This document shows positions 17,273-27,457 of a stretch of DNA of 64,000 nucleotides, piece by piece; the first letter of the stretch is position 1; each line of letters begins with the position of its first letter. The notes beneath the pieces are model-generated. The model was not told the origin of the DNA. It worked only from the letters and a program-made list of their open reading frames with translations, and made no database searches. The position numbers and the translations under genes were made by a program. Origin of the DNA: Bacteroidales bacterium UBA1217 (GTDB lineage: Bacteria > Bacteroidota > Bacteroidia > Bacteroidales > P3). The DNA lies in the NCBI GenBank assembly GCA_002309335.1, contig DBXH01000007.1, positions 4,974 through 68,973 of the forward strand, read 5' to 3'.

Positions 17273-19173
17273 TTAATCAATTTTTTAAGGCCCTGTCTGC
17301 CTTTTGCAGGATTGGAAACCTTAAGCAGGTAAACACCTTTCGCCAATCCGCTGATATCTATCATTGTCTCGTATGCACCGTGCCAAACCATCCGGCCTTG
17401 CATATCATATATCATTATTTCAATTCCGTTTGCAAACTCGGAATCAATTTGTATATTCAAATAGTTGTTCGATGGATTGGGATATATATGGAAATCAAAT
17501 TCCTGTTTTGCTGTCATTGTTTCAACCAGTGCTGACTCTCCAAATGCCGGTCGCATCATTATCGACCCTTTCAGTATGCTTTGCATCCAATCGTTTCCGG
17601 TTCGGTAGAAAGTATACTGGCGCGAATCAACGCTTCGGTCAAAACCAAGATTGATATAGTCGTTCGAAAGCTGCTCAAATCCAATAAAGACACTGCTGTC
17701 AACTATTACAGGCGATGTAAGTCGATATCTATGAAAACGGTTCATCCCGTCAAATTCGGGCATCATCTTTTCTTCTTCTTTGTATATCAATGTCGATGGC
17801 AGCCCGTTATCGCAATCCCATACGCATAGCCTGAATTGTACGTTTTCGTTTTCACCGTTTCGAGTCCTGTTGAAATACAAATCAACGGCTGTAAGAGTGT
17901 CTTGAGTGTTAAGGTCAAACCTATATGCAAGCCATTGTTTTCCACCGGTCGAGGTAAGCCCGTATCCATTTTCAGGCACACCGTCGTCGTATGCATAATA
18001 ATCGCCAAACACCTGCGTGAAAGTCATTGTGTCATTGCTGCTGTGATAGTCACCACCAACGCCCTCCTTCACCGTATGTACTATCTTGTAGCTTCTTTGT
18101 GTGGAGGATTCAGGGAATTGGAAATTAACCGGAGGGTTGCTATGCACAGCCACCTCTTGATATTTGCCGTCGGGATAGAATGATACAATGTTTTCATATC
18201 CACCGTCATACGAGGCTGTCTGTTGTCCATTGGTGTCGTATACTTGATAAGAGTATGTCGATGCAAGTGTCTGATTGTATCTGTTCACTATCGTAACCTG
18301 CAGGTTGTTCTCCATATCACTTGTCCTGTATTGTCGTGCAGGCATTGCCTGATATCTTTTCAGCATCGAGGGCGCTTTTTCTACAAAAGCAATATCACGA
18401 AACATCGAGTCACCTGTAGTGCGGTTCCAGTTAATATACACATAATCAATATTCCAGTGGTCGCAGTTGCCGGCTATTCCACTTTTAGGGTTCGGGTCGA
18501 GACTTGCGTAGTTGCGGAAACGGAATCTGAAATACTTGTTCAGATAGCGTGTATCGTCTACCTTGATACTCACATATTTCCAAGGCCAGCGAGTCAATGT
18601 TCCGGTTGTGTCGGCATTGTGTCCGCTCATAGCCCACACCACATTCCATCGGTCTTCATTGTAATCGTAGAAATCAACAAAGAGTGAATCATTTGTCGAC
18701 GGCGCCTCGCCTACCAGCTCCCATTGATATCCATACCAGCCGCCAGGGAGATAGTAAAAACTAAGTATTATTGAATCTGCCGGCGTCAGGCGACGTTGGT
18801 AATTCTTTGTCAATGAGTCCAGTCTGACAATCTGCGACGCCATTGTATCGGCCGAAAACAGGTTGGTCGAGGCCTGAGGATAGAGGTTGCCGTTGGCGTC
18901 CAGCGCATCAAGTGTCGCCATACCTATTGTCGGTGGCTGTGGGGCAAAGTCTTTGTTTACAAATGCTTGAGAATTAAGCCACCGCTTCGCATCGGGCAGA
19001 CCTTCATAGTCGGCAAAGTCGTCGAAAAACGGTAACTCTAGTATTGCTGTGTCAGTACTCTTGGCCGCTGTCGGAATATTTGCCGACGACAGCGGTGTCA
19101 GCACCTCCTGGGCGTATCCAGACCAGCAGCAACACACAAATAAAGATAATATGTATAGTACTCTTGCTTTCAA
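17263..19173 (-). CDS. Secreted protein with a T9SS C-terminal sorting domain
   Basis: Signal peptide KARVLYILSLFVCCCWSGYAQ; the initiation codon is TTG. The C-terminus IYPNPSNNYLNIQIDSEF...IMIYDMQGRMVWHG...GVYLLKVSN is a por_Secre_tail-type CTD. Confidence 0.75.
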   Translation of the reverse strand: MKARVLYILSLFVCCCWSGYAQEVLTPLSSANIPTAAKSTDTAILELPFFDDFADYEGLPDAKRWLNSQAFVNKDFAPQPPTIGMATLDALDANGNLYPQASTNLFSADTMASQIVRLDSLTKNYQRRLTPADSIILSFYYLPGGWYGYQWELVGEAPSTNDSLFVDFYDYNEDRWNVVWAMSGHNADTTGTLTRWPWKYVSIKVDDTRYLNKYFRFRFRNYASLDPNPKSGIAGNCDHWNIDYVYINWNRTTGDSMFRDIAFVEKAPSMLKRYQAMPARQYRTSDMENNLQVTIVNRYNQTLASTYSYQVYDTNGQQTASYDGGYENIVSFYPDGKYQEVAVHSNPPVNFQFPESSTQRSYKIVHTVKEGVGGDYHSSNDTMTFTQVFGDYYAYDDGVPENGYGLTSTGGKQWLAYRFDLNTQDTLTAVDLYFNRTRNGENENVQFRLCVWDCDNGLPSTLIYKEEEKMMPEFDGMNRFHRYRLTSPVIVDSSVFIGFEQLSNDYINLGFDRSVDSRQYTFYRTGNDWMQSILKGSIMMRPAFGESALVETMTAKQEFDFHIYPNPSNNYLNIQIDSEFANGIEIMIYDMQGRMVWHGAYETMIDISGLAKGVYLLKVSNPAKGRQGLKKLIKCN

Positions 19174-19182
19174 AATTCAATA

Positions 19183-20070
19183 TTAAAATTCATCCAAACC
19201 AGTCAAACCATAGGGATTGTTTGACGGGGCGCCTTCATCGCCCGATTCGTAAAGGGCGCGGATCGAGTCTTCCATTTGGCGTTGCCTCATCCGTTCCAGT
19301 TCTTCCATCGCCACAACTGATTTGTCGCAGTACCACAAGTCTATTCTTGTGCCGTATGCGGCGTCGTTGCGTCCGCTGTATTCGGGAAGCTGTTTGTAAA
19401 CGATGGCGTGACTCATATCGGTAATCCCATCATAGTGCTCTGCACCAACGTTTAGCGAAGCCGAAAGAATAGTGCTTCGCGCCTTGGTGGGTGACATACC
19501 GACCAGATATGGAGTTATGCTCATACCGCTGCCGGAGCCGCGTCCAACCACCAAGTCCACCATTGCGCCTTTCTCCAGCCGTCGACCTTCGTTGACCGTG
19601 CGTCCCTTGTATTTCTGTTCCAAAACTACGTGGTGTGGGTCGTCGATAAAAATCAGTTTGCCTCCGTGCAGGCCCACATTTTCCAGTTGGGATATAGCGT
19701 GGCGTACCGACAGCGAGCGCAGGTCGGGCACAATGGCGTTGTCAGGCACGTACGATGTTACTGTCAGATAAATCTTGCGGCCGGTCTTAATCAAAGAACC
19801 CGAGTCGGGGTCCTGACGCAGTATGTATCCGCCCTTGTGGTTCGGCTGATAAATAGAGTCGATAATCACATATTGCAACTCCAAACCGTCGTCGGTGGAT
19901 AACTCATTCACATACTGTCCTACTACGTAAGGTGTCTTATATTCTTGACCTACACGGCCATAGTGTTTCAATACTATGAAGACAAGCACCAAGATTAACA
20001 GCGAGACGCCTATCGCCAACAATGCGTGCAGCGCCCAAGGGTGATTCTGAAAAAAGCCTTTCTTGCTCAT
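19183..20070 (-). CDS. PASTA domain-containing membrane protein
   Basis: One TM helix, then repeated PASTA-like units (VVGQYVNEL...YILRQDPDSGSLIKTGRKIYLTV; VPDLRSLSVRHAISQLENVGL). The track start 20097 is a TTG; the first ATG (MSKKGFF) is at 20070. Confidence 0.7.
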   Translation of the reverse strand: MSKKGFFQNHPWALHALLAIGVSLLILVLVFIVLKHYGRVGQEYKTPYVVGQYVNELSTDDGLELQYVIIDSIYQPNHKGGYILRQDPDSGSLIKTGRKIYLTVTSYVPDNAIVPDLRSLSVRHAISQLENVGLHGGKLIFIDDPHHVVLEQKYKGRTVNEGRRLEKGAMVDLVVGRGSGSGMSITPYLVGMSPTKARSTILSASLNVGAEHYDGITDMSHAIVYKQLPEYSGRNDAAYGTRIDLWYCDKSVVAMEELERMRQRQMEDSIRALYESGDEGAPSNNPYGLTGLDEF

Positions 20071-20119
20071 AATCTGTTGATATGTTGATGTAACCAATTA
20101 TACGTAACGCAAATCCCCC

Positions 20120-21451
20120 TTATTTATTGTCCACCACTTCGCCTATCAATGTCGCCGAGGTGCATCGCGTCACGCGAACCGTTGTGTATTGTCCTGGTTG
20201 CAGCTCTCCGCGGTCGAAGACAATCACCTTGTTCTGGCTGTTTCGACCGAAAAGTTGCTGCTCAGAACGGTGTGAAACTCCCTCAATCAGAACTTCATAG
20301 GTTCGGTCTATCTCTTTCTGGTTGTTCTCAAGCGCAATCTGCCCTTGCAAGGCGATGATCTCTTCCAGCCTTCTCGTCTTAACGACATCGGGTACATCGT
20401 CGCTCAGGTGCTTGGCGGCATAGGTATTCGGACGCATCGAGAACTTGAACATATAGGCGTAATCATACCTCACTTTGCGGAACATCTCAAGCGTATCCTG
20501 ATGGTCCTCTTCTGTTTCGGTGCAGAAGCCAGCTATCACGTCAGTCGTTATGCTGCACTCGGGCAGATATTTGCGTATCGCTTCGATGCGGTTCAGATAC
20601 CACTCAGGAGTGTAGTGGCGGTTCATAAGCTTCAGCATACGCTCGCTGCCAGACTGAACAGGCAGGTGGATGCATTTGCAGATGTTGTCGTATTGAGCCA
20701 TCACCTGTAACAAATCGTCACTCAAGTCCTTCGGATGCGATGTGGCGAAACGCACGCGCAGCAACGGGCTCACCTCAGCCACCCGGGCCATCAGCAGGGG
20801 AAATTCCACCTCACCGCCGTCGCATTGCCAGCGGTAGCTGTTCACGTTCTGGCCGAGCAAAGTAACCTCGCGGTAGCCTTTCTCAAAGAGTTCACGTGCT
20901 TCGTTTACAATGGTTTGCGGATCGCGGCTTCGTTCACGCCCGCGTGTGTAAGGAACCACACAATAGGCACAGTAGTTCTGGCATCCGCGCATAATGCTGA
21001 TATAGGCGGTTATGCCGTTCGAGTCATATCTAACGGGCTCGATGTCGGCGTATGTCTCGGTGGTGCTCAGCAGGGTTTCGGCCAGCTTCTCGTCGCCGTT
21101 TATATTCTGCAGCATTTCAGGCAGTTTGCGGTAGGCGTCAGGACCAACGATAAACGACACATTATCTTCCTCTTCCATAAGTTGTTTCTGCAGGCGCTCG
21201 GCCATACAGCCGAGGATGCCAATCTTCACCCATTGGCGTTGGCGCTGCAGCGCCTTGAGTTCGTGAAGGCGTTTGCGTATGCGTTGCTCAGCGTTATCGC
21301 GAATGGCGCAGGTGTTGATGAGTATATAGTCGGCATCAGAAATATCCTTCGTTACCTCATAGTCGGCTTTTGTCAGGATGGATGCAACGATTTCGCTGTC
21401 CGCAAAGTTCATCTGACAGCCGTATGTTTCTATATATAACTTGTTTTTCAA
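20120..21451 (-). CDS. miaB: tRNA-2-methylthio-N6-dimethylallyladenosine synthase
   Basis: LYIETYGCQMNFADSE, radical-SAM CQNYCAYCVVP, and a TRAM-like C-terminus. The first codon in the track is TTG. Confidence 0.9.
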   Translation of the reverse strand: MKNKLYIETYGCQMNFADSEIVASILTKADYEVTKDISDADYILINTCAIRDNAEQRIRKRLHELKALQRQRQWVKIGILGCMAERLQKQLMEEEDNVSFIVGPDAYRKLPEMLQNINGDEKLAETLLSTTETYADIEPVRYDSNGITAYISIMRGCQNYCAYCVVPYTRGRERSRDPQTIVNEARELFEKGYREVTLLGQNVNSYRWQCDGGEVEFPLLMARVAEVSPLLRVRFATSHPKDLSDDLLQVMAQYDNICKCIHLPVQSGSERMLKLMNRHYTPEWYLNRIEAIRKYLPECSITTDVIAGFCTETEEDHQDTLEMFRKVRYDYAYMFKFSMRPNTYAAKHLSDDVPDVVKTRRLEEIIALQGQIALENNQKEIDRTYEVLIEGVSHRSEQQLFGRNSQNKVIVFDRGELQPGQYTTVRVTRCTSATLIGEVVDNK

Positions 21452-21487
21452 TGCTTTGACGTTTCAAATAGTTCTATTATAAAAATG

Positions 21488-21518
21488 CAAAAATACAAAA
21501 AAAGCTTTAGACGGCAAA
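21488..21518 (-). promoter_or_regulatory. Promoter of miaB (TTTG-N19-TATTTTTG)
   Basis: Plus strand CAAAAATA at 21488-21495 and CAAA at 21515-21518, with 19-nt spacing. Confidence 0.65.
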
Positions 21519-21647
21519 ATCAACAAAAATTAGCTACGCAGTCAAACCTGCGGTGCCTCTGTTCTTTTCAGAAATTCAAACTTTTGAAATTTTAATTATC
21601 TTCCAAAATGGCAGATTTGTTTTTCGGGTAATTTGAAACTACAGGGA

Positions 21648-21679
21648 TAAAAAAAACTCTCCCGACGGAGAGTTTTTTT
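21648..21679. terminator. Bidirectional rho-independent terminator
   Basis: A-run, then ACTCTCC-cgac-GGAGAGT, then T7. Immediately downstream of tRNA-Gln on the minus strand. Confidence 0.75.
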
Positions 21680-21680
21680 G

Positions 21681-21751
21681 TTGTCCTACCAGGATTCGAA
21701 CCTAGACAAGCAGAACCAAAATCTGATGTGCTACCATTACACCATAGGACA
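21681..21751 (-). tRNA. tRNA-Gln (anticodon TTG)
   Basis: Reverse complement TGTCCTATGGTGTAATGGTAGCACATCAGATTTTGGTTCTGCTTGTCTAGGTTCGAATCCTGGTAGGACAA folds as a cloverleaf. Anticodon loop is TT-TTG-GT, with the U1-A72 pair typical of tRNA-Gln. Confidence 0.9.
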
Positions 21752-21770
21752 ATCCTTGATTTTGAGGGTG

Positions 21771-21802
21771 CAAAAGTACTACTTTTTTTCGGTGTGGACA
21801 AA
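21771..21802 (-). promoter_or_regulatory. Promoter of tRNA-Gln(TTG) (TTTG-N20-TACTTTTG)
   Basis: CAAAAGTA at 21771-21778 and CAAA at 21799-21802 on the plus strand. Confidence 0.6.
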
Positions 21803-21866
21803 TTTTTTTTGACTACACAATGTTTGTTTATGCCCAACCTGCTGAATTCGGCAGTGTTACGCTGCT

Positions 21867-23732
21867 TTAATTTCCTTTGAACGGCAGTTTGATTGCTGGC
21901 AGTTCGATGGAGCGGAACGACGAGAAAAGTCCAGATTTGGTGTCGTCTTGTTTGCCGAAAATTTCTACAATAAGATCTTTGTATTTGTCTTGTAGCAGAT
22001 TTCGACGCAGCTTGAGAGTGGGTGATAGGAGTCCGTTGACTGTTGTCCATTCTTCGCTGACGAGGCGGAATTTCTTTATCTGCTCGTGAGGTGCGAACTC
22101 TTTGTTGTAGAGGTCTATAACCTCCTGCATCTTCTTGTTGACTTCTGGCAGCGAAATAAGCTGCATATTGTCGCGGTAGTGCAGGTGATGTTTCAAAGCC
22201 CAGTAGTGCAGCGTGTTGAAGTTGGGCGAAATGATAGCGGCGGCAATTTTCTGATGCTCGCCAACCACCATCACCTGGTCTATGTATTCCGATTCACGCA
22301 GTTTGTTTTCAATCACTTGCGGAGCTACGTATTTGCCTGCCGAAAGTTTGAAGATGTCTTTCTTGCGGTCGGTTATTTTGAGGTAGCGGTTGGCGATGAG
22401 TTTTCCGATATCGCCGGTGTGGAACCAGCCGTCTTCGTCGATGACTTCTTTTGTGTATTCGGGGTCTTTGTAATATCCCATCATCACGTGCGGACCACGA
22501 GTGAGAATCTCGCCGTCTTCTGCGAATTTCATTTCCGTGCCGCTCAGTATTGGTCCTACGGTGCCGAAACGCACAAGATTGTCCACCGGATTGTTGACGG
22601 CTATTACAGGCGATGTCTCGCTGAGACCATATCCTTCATAGATGTTCATTCCAGCGGCGCTGAACAGGCGCACCAGTCTTTCGGGTATGCTGCTGCCTCC
22701 GCTGATGATAATCATACGGTGGCCGCCAAATTTCTCGCGCCAGCGGCGATAGACCATCTTGTCGTAAAACCATTGCATTATCTGGAACCAGATAGAGACT
22801 TTTTTAATGATGCCGTTGTCGAAACGCATACCGTGCTTGAAAGCGCGGAAATAGATGGCTTTCTTGATGGCGGGGAAGTCCTTTCCGGCAGCGTAGAGTT
22901 TGTCGTAAAACATTTCAAGCACTCGTGGTACGGCACAGAAACCGTCGCACTGTATCTCATGCATATTCTGCTGCAGGGTGCCCATACTCTCGGCGTAGTA
23001 GATGCTGCAACCCAGATACTGGAAATGGTAGTTCATTGAACGCTCGAAAACGTGGTTGAGCGGCAGAAATGAGAGAACACGGCATTTGTCGGTCATAGGG
23101 TTGACTTTTGTGTGTGCCAGGAAGTTGCTGCAGATGTTGCGGTGTGAAAGCATCACTCCCTTAGGGTCGCCGGTGGTGCCGCTGGTGTAGACGAGTGTCA
23201 GCCAATCGTCGGGTTTGGCTTGTTCTTTGCGTTTCTCAAGTTCGGCGAGGAATTTGTCACGGCTGGCGATACCCATCTTAAGTATTTCCAGCGTTCGGTG
23301 ATAGCCTTCGATGGCGGCAAGGGTATAGATCTCAGGCGGATTGTCGAGCTGTTTTACAGCCGGCATAATGCGGCGCAGAAGCAGGTTGCTGCTCACCAGC
23401 AGCAATTTGGCACCGCTGTGTTTGAAGATATGTACATAGTTATCAGTCGATAGAGTGGGGTAGACGGGCACGTGGATGGCACCGGTCAGAGCCAGAGCCA
23501 TATCGATAAAGTTCCACTCAGGACAGTTGTTGGAGATCGTAATGACGCGGTCGCCACGTTGTATGCCGAGTTCCATCAGACCGTATGCCATAAAGTGGGC
23601 GTATTTGTAATAGTCGTGCGAACTGTAGCGAACCCATTCACCATTGACCTTTCCGGAAAGGAGGTCGTCCTTTGGATGGTTGACTACAAGGTGGTCCAAC
23701 AAGTCGAATAATCTTGTTATTTCTATTTCCAT
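21867..23732 (-). CDS. Long-chain-fatty-acid--CoA ligase (AMP-binding family)
   Basis: YTSGTTGDPKGVMLSHRN (AMP-binding motif), GYGLSETS, TGDIG and KLRR. I prefer the ATG at 23732 (MEIEITRLFDLLD), which lies downstream of a TATCTTTG -7 box at 23818-23825. The track start 23813 would overlap that promoter. Confidence 0.85.
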   Translation of the reverse strand: MEIEITRLFDLLDHLVVNHPKDDLLSGKVNGEWVRYSSHDYYKYAHFMAYGLMELGIQRGDRVITISNNCPEWNFIDMALALTGAIHVPVYPTLSTDNYVHIFKHSGAKLLLVSSNLLLRRIMPAVKQLDNPPEIYTLAAIEGYHRTLEILKMGIASRDKFLAELEKRKEQAKPDDWLTLVYTSGTTGDPKGVMLSHRNICSNFLAHTKVNPMTDKCRVLSFLPLNHVFERSMNYHFQYLGCSIYYAESMGTLQQNMHEIQCDGFCAVPRVLEMFYDKLYAAGKDFPAIKKAIYFRAFKHGMRFDNGIIKKVSIWFQIMQWFYDKMVYRRWREKFGGHRMIIISGGSSIPERLVRLFSAAGMNIYEGYGLSETSPVIAVNNPVDNLVRFGTVGPILSGTEMKFAEDGEILTRGPHVMMGYYKDPEYTKEVIDEDGWFHTGDIGKLIANRYLKITDRKKDIFKLSAGKYVAPQVIENKLRESEYIDQVMVVGEHQKIAAAIISPNFNTLHYWALKHHLHYRDNMQLISLPEVNKKMQEVIDLYNKEFAPHEQIKKFRLVSEEWTTVNGLLSPTLKLRRNLLQDKYKDLIVEIFGKQDDTKSGLFSSFRSIELPAIKLPFKGN

Positions 23733-23905
23733 ATATGTGCTTACTTTGTTTCTAACTAGTTGGTAATTATCTGTTCTGACATAATATGCGTTCAGACGGA
23801 GTATATTTACCAATATGCAAAGATACTAAAAATTCTTAAATATTCTTTTTTCAATTAATAAAACTTTTTACTCATTGCTGTAACAGCGTTACACATTGAT
23901 GACCG

Positions 23906-26900
23906 TTACATCTGTGTTCCGATGAGGATGTCAAGTTTTTCAATGGCGGAGTGTATACTTTCTACGTTGTCGCAGACGAGCGACAAGCGGTCGGTGGTTT
24001 CGCGCAGGTGGACGCTTCTGGGGTGATCCTGTGCGTATTTTATCATCTGCATAAAGTTGGGTGACTGATAGAATGGATTGTTTTGGTTGGCGACGAAATA
24101 GCAAACCATTTTGCCTTGTTTGAGAACGAGTTTCTCGATGCCGAACTCTTTTGCCATCCGTCTGAGGGTGATGGTTTTGATAAGTTCTTGGGTGGATTTC
24201 GGTATGGGTCCGAAACGGTCAATCATACGCTCGCGGTAGCTGTCGAGTTGGCTTTCGATATCTAAGCCGTTAGCACCGGTATCGCGTTTTACTCCAATGT
24301 CGTTAAGTTCCTTGTATAGCAGCAGTCTTTCGCTGATATTGGTCACATAGTCGTCGGGAATTAGCACTTCAAGGTCGGTCTCGATAATACATTCTTTTAC
24401 GAATTCCTTGCTTTCTACGGCTTCTTGGCGGAACAATTCGGCGAAGTCGCTTTCTTTCAGCTCCTCTATGGCTTCGTTGAGGATTTTGTGATACATATCG
24501 TAGCCTATTTCGCTAATGAAACCGCTCTGTTCGGCACCAAGGATGTTGCCGGCACCGCGTATGTCGAGGTCACGCATAGCAATGTTGAACCCGCTGCCGA
24601 CAGAGGCAAACTCTTCGATGGCTCGCAGGCGTTTCTGTGCCTCGTCGGTGAGTATGCTGAACGAGGGGACAAGCATATAGCAGAATGCCTTTCGGTTGCT
24701 TCGTCCCACGCGGCCTCGCATCTGGTGCAAATCGCTAAGTCCGAATTGCTGTGCATTATTGATTATCATCGTGTTGGCGTTGGGAATGTCCAGACCGTTT
24801 TCAACGATGGCTGTCGAAACAAGCACATCGACATCGCCTTCGATGAAGCGCATCATAGTCTCTTCGACCTCCTTGCCTTCCATCTGACCGTGGGCGATGG
24901 CTACGCGGGCATCGGGCACAAGGCGACTTACCAATCCGGCCATTTCGGGCAGGTTCTCGACGCGGTTGCTGATGAAAAACACCTGTCCGTCGCGCGAGAG
25001 TTCAAAACTTATAGCGTCGCGTATCACCTCTTCGCTGAACGGCGACAACTCCGTCTGGATAGGTTGCCGGTTTGGCGGTGGTGTTTGTATTACACTCAAG
25101 TCGCGCGCACCCATCAGCGAGAACTGCAGCGTGCGCGGTATGGGTGTTGCCGTTAGGGTAAGAACGTCCACGTTGGCACGCATCTGTTTCAGTTTCTCTT
25201 TCACGCTGACGCCGAATTTCTGCTCTTCGTCGATAATGAGCAATCCCAGGTCCTTGAATTTCAGTTTGCTGTTTGTTATGGCGTGGGTGCCGATAAGTAT
25301 GTCTATTTTGCCGGCTTCAAGATCGTGCGCAATCCGGTTTTTGTCTTTGGTGGAGCGGAAACGGTTAAGATAATCGATATTTACTGGCATACCTTTCAGT
25401 CGCTCGGTGAAGGTGTTATAATGTTGGAATGCCAGAATGGTTGACGGCACCAGCACAGCCACCTGTTTCGAGTCGCACACAGCTTTGAAAGCAGCTCGGA
25501 TGGCGACTTCGGTTTTGCCGAAACCCACATCGCCGCACACCAGACGGTCCATCGGTGATGTCGATTCCATATCACCCTTCACATCCAATGTGGCTTTCAG
25601 CTGATCGGGTGTATCCTCATACATAAACGAGGCTTCCAGCTCGTTCTGCAAGTAACTGTCGGCGCTGAAAGCGAAGCCTCTAGTGGCTTTGCGCTTGGCG
25701 TAGAGCTGGATGAGGTCTTTGGCAATGTCTTTAACCTGCTTTTTCGTTTTCTGTTTCAGTACCTGCCAGGTGTTGCTGCCCAGCCTGTTAAGGGTTGGTG
25801 TTGCACCTTCCTTGCCTACATAGCGGCTTATCTTGTGCAGACCGTGTATGCTTATGTATAATGTGTCGTTATTCTTGTAAACCAGACGGATAACCTCCTG
25901 TTGCTTGCCGTTGTTTTCAATCTTCTCAAGCCCCGAAAAGCGACCAACACCATAGTCGATATGCGTCACATAATCGCCAGGCTTCAGTTCGAACAACTCT
26001 TTCAACGTCAAAGCCTCGCGATTCTGGCTCATATCGCGGACGGTGTACTTATGGTAGCGTTCAAAGATTTCGTGGTCGGTGTAGCAGAGCAGTTTCTCGT
26101 CGTGGTCGATAAAGCCCTTGCGCAGCGAATAGTCGAGATATGTGATATGGGCGGCCATATCTTCCATTTGGCTTTCCACGAATATTTTGTCAAGACGCTT
26201 GTGCTGTTGTTCGCTGCTCACGCTGATGCAGAGCTTGTAGCCGCGATCGTTGTAGTTGGACAGCGACTGTTTGAGCATTTCGAACTGCTTGTTGAATATC
26301 GGCTGTAGCTCGCTGTGTCCTTCGATTTCGATGGCTTTGTTGAAGAATTTTGAATAGCCTGATTCAATTACTTTGCATTCAAGCAGAGCCTTAAGGAAGT
26401 CGTTGGCTGACGAGTACATCTCGTCGGGTTTGGCATTTTGCATCCTCACAAGTCCCTGTTCTTTGTCGGCGGCTATTTTCCCGTATTCCTCGCGAGCTGC
26501 AGCAAAGCGTTTCTCTATTGTTTCGCTCACATACATCAGACCTTGTGTCCAAATGATATCCTCGCTGCTAAAGTACTGCAACAGATTGACTTTTTCTTCC
26601 ACAACTACCATTGGCTCTCCGCTCCCCGCTTTCCGTTCAAGATTCGGGATGATGTTTATCTGGTCATAATGTCTTACAGATAGTTGTGTTACAGGGTCGA
26701 AACTACGCAGGGAGTCAATCTCGTCGTCGAAGAACTCGATCCTGAACGGCTGTTCGTTGGCAAACGAGAAGACATCGATTATGCCGCCTCGCACAGCGTA
26801 TTCGCCAGGCTGCACAACAAAATCAACTCTCTCAAACCCATAATCCTGAAGCACATCCATCACGAAGTCCATATCCAGTTTGCCGCCTTTGACTATTTGC

Positions 26901-27340
26901 AGCGTGTTCTTTGTCAGTGTTTTGGCGGAAATGACTTTCTCCGCCATTGCTTCGGGATAGGAGACGATGACGAGCCGTTTGCCGGCATTGAGCTGTTTGA
27001 CGACTTCCGAGCGCATCAGCACGTTTGCGTTGTCAGTCTCTTCGGTCTGGTAAGGACGGCGGTAGGTGGTGGGGAACAATAGAACCCGTTTGTTGTCAAT
27101 CTCTTGACCCTCATCACCCATAAGGGTTTCGAGGTCGTTCTGAAGGTAAAAAGCATCCTCTTTGTTTCCAACAATGAAAATGAAATTGCTCTGTGGCAGG
27201 CATTCTGCAACAGTGGCGCCCAACACGGCAGGCAGGCTTCCCGTCAAGCCGCTTATGTGAATTCTCGCCTGGCTTTGTTTCAGTTTTTCACACAGTTCTA
27301 CCGCCAGTTTTGAGTTTTTATATTCTTCTGTCAGTAACAT
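23906..27340 (-). CDS. mfd: Transcription-repair coupling factor
   Basis: 1144 aa. Contains a UvrB-homology N-terminus, a CarD/RID region, helicase motifs GDVGFGKTEVA, DEEQKFG and LTATPIPRT, plus the TRG motif and a C-terminal D7-like domain. Confidence 0.95.
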   Translation of the reverse strand: MLLTEEYKNSKLAVELCEKLKQSQARIHISGLTGSLPAVLGATVAECLPQSNFIFIVGNKEDAFYLQNDLETLMGDEGQEIDNKRVLLFPTTYRRPYQTEETDNANVLMRSEVVKQLNAGKRLVIVSYPEAMAEKVISAKTLTKNTLQIVKGGKLDMDFVMDVLQDYGFERVDFVVQPGEYAVRGGIIDVFSFANEQPFRIEFFDDEIDSLRSFDPVTQLSVRHYDQINIIPNLERKAGSGEPMVVVEEKVNLLQYFSSEDIIWTQGLMYVSETIEKRFAAAREEYGKIAADKEQGLVRMQNAKPDEMYSSANDFLKALLECKVIESGYSKFFNKAIEIEGHSELQPIFNKQFEMLKQSLSNYNDRGYKLCISVSSEQQHKRLDKIFVESQMEDMAAHITYLDYSLRKGFIDHDEKLLCYTDHEIFERYHKYTVRDMSQNREALTLKELFELKPGDYVTHIDYGVGRFSGLEKIENNGKQQEVIRLVYKNNDTLYISIHGLHKISRYVGKEGATPTLNRLGSNTWQVLKQKTKKQVKDIAKDLIQLYAKRKATRGFAFSADSYLQNELEASFMYEDTPDQLKATLDVKGDMESTSPMDRLVCGDVGFGKTEVAIRAAFKAVCDSKQVAVLVPSTILAFQHYNTFTERLKGMPVNIDYLNRFRSTKDKNRIAHDLEAGKIDILIGTHAITNSKLKFKDLGLLIIDEEQKFGVSVKEKLKQMRANVDVLTLTATPIPRTLQFSLMGARDLSVIQTPPPNRQPIQTELSPFSEEVIRDAISFELSRDGQVFFISNRVENLPEMAGLVSRLVPDARVAIAHGQMEGKEVEETMMRFIEGDVDVLVSTAIVENGLDIPNANTMIINNAQQFGLSDLHQMRGRVGRSNRKAFCYMLVPSFSILTDEAQKRLRAIEEFASVGSGFNIAMRDLDIRGAGNILGAEQSGFISEIGYDMYHKILNEAIEELKESDFAELFRQEAVESKEFVKECIIETDLEVLIPDDYVTNISERLLLYKELNDIGVKRDTGANGLDIESQLDSYRERMIDRFGPIPKSTQELIKTITLRRMAKEFGIEKLVLKQGKMVCYFVANQNNPFYQSPNFMQMIKYAQDHPRSVHLRETTDRLSLVCDNVESIHSAIEKLDILIGTQM

Positions 27341-27457
27341 TTATCTCTCTATCCTTTTTTGTTTCAATCGGATAACGTGCAATTGCAGCATTATCATTGA
27401 AAATTCAAATATACGAAAAAATTAAATTATGCGTTATAATGGCAAAAAATAAGAAGA

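Noticed and set aside
21592-22050. 152-aa ORF spanning tRNA-Gln(TTG)
   Set aside because: It overlaps a tRNA, its promoter and a terminator, and has no coding signature.
20735-23039. Antisense ORFs of 234 aa (20735-21439) and 317 aa (22086-23039) opposite miaB and the acyl-CoA ligase
   Set aside because: The sense genes carry unambiguous family motifs, while the antisense translations are featureless. They are artefacts of GC-rich codon usage.
23906-27340. Mfd and MutS2 (46090-48540) as components of a defence or novel repair island
   Set aside because: Both are full-length canonical housekeeping genes with ordinary neighbours. Nothing suggests a new system.
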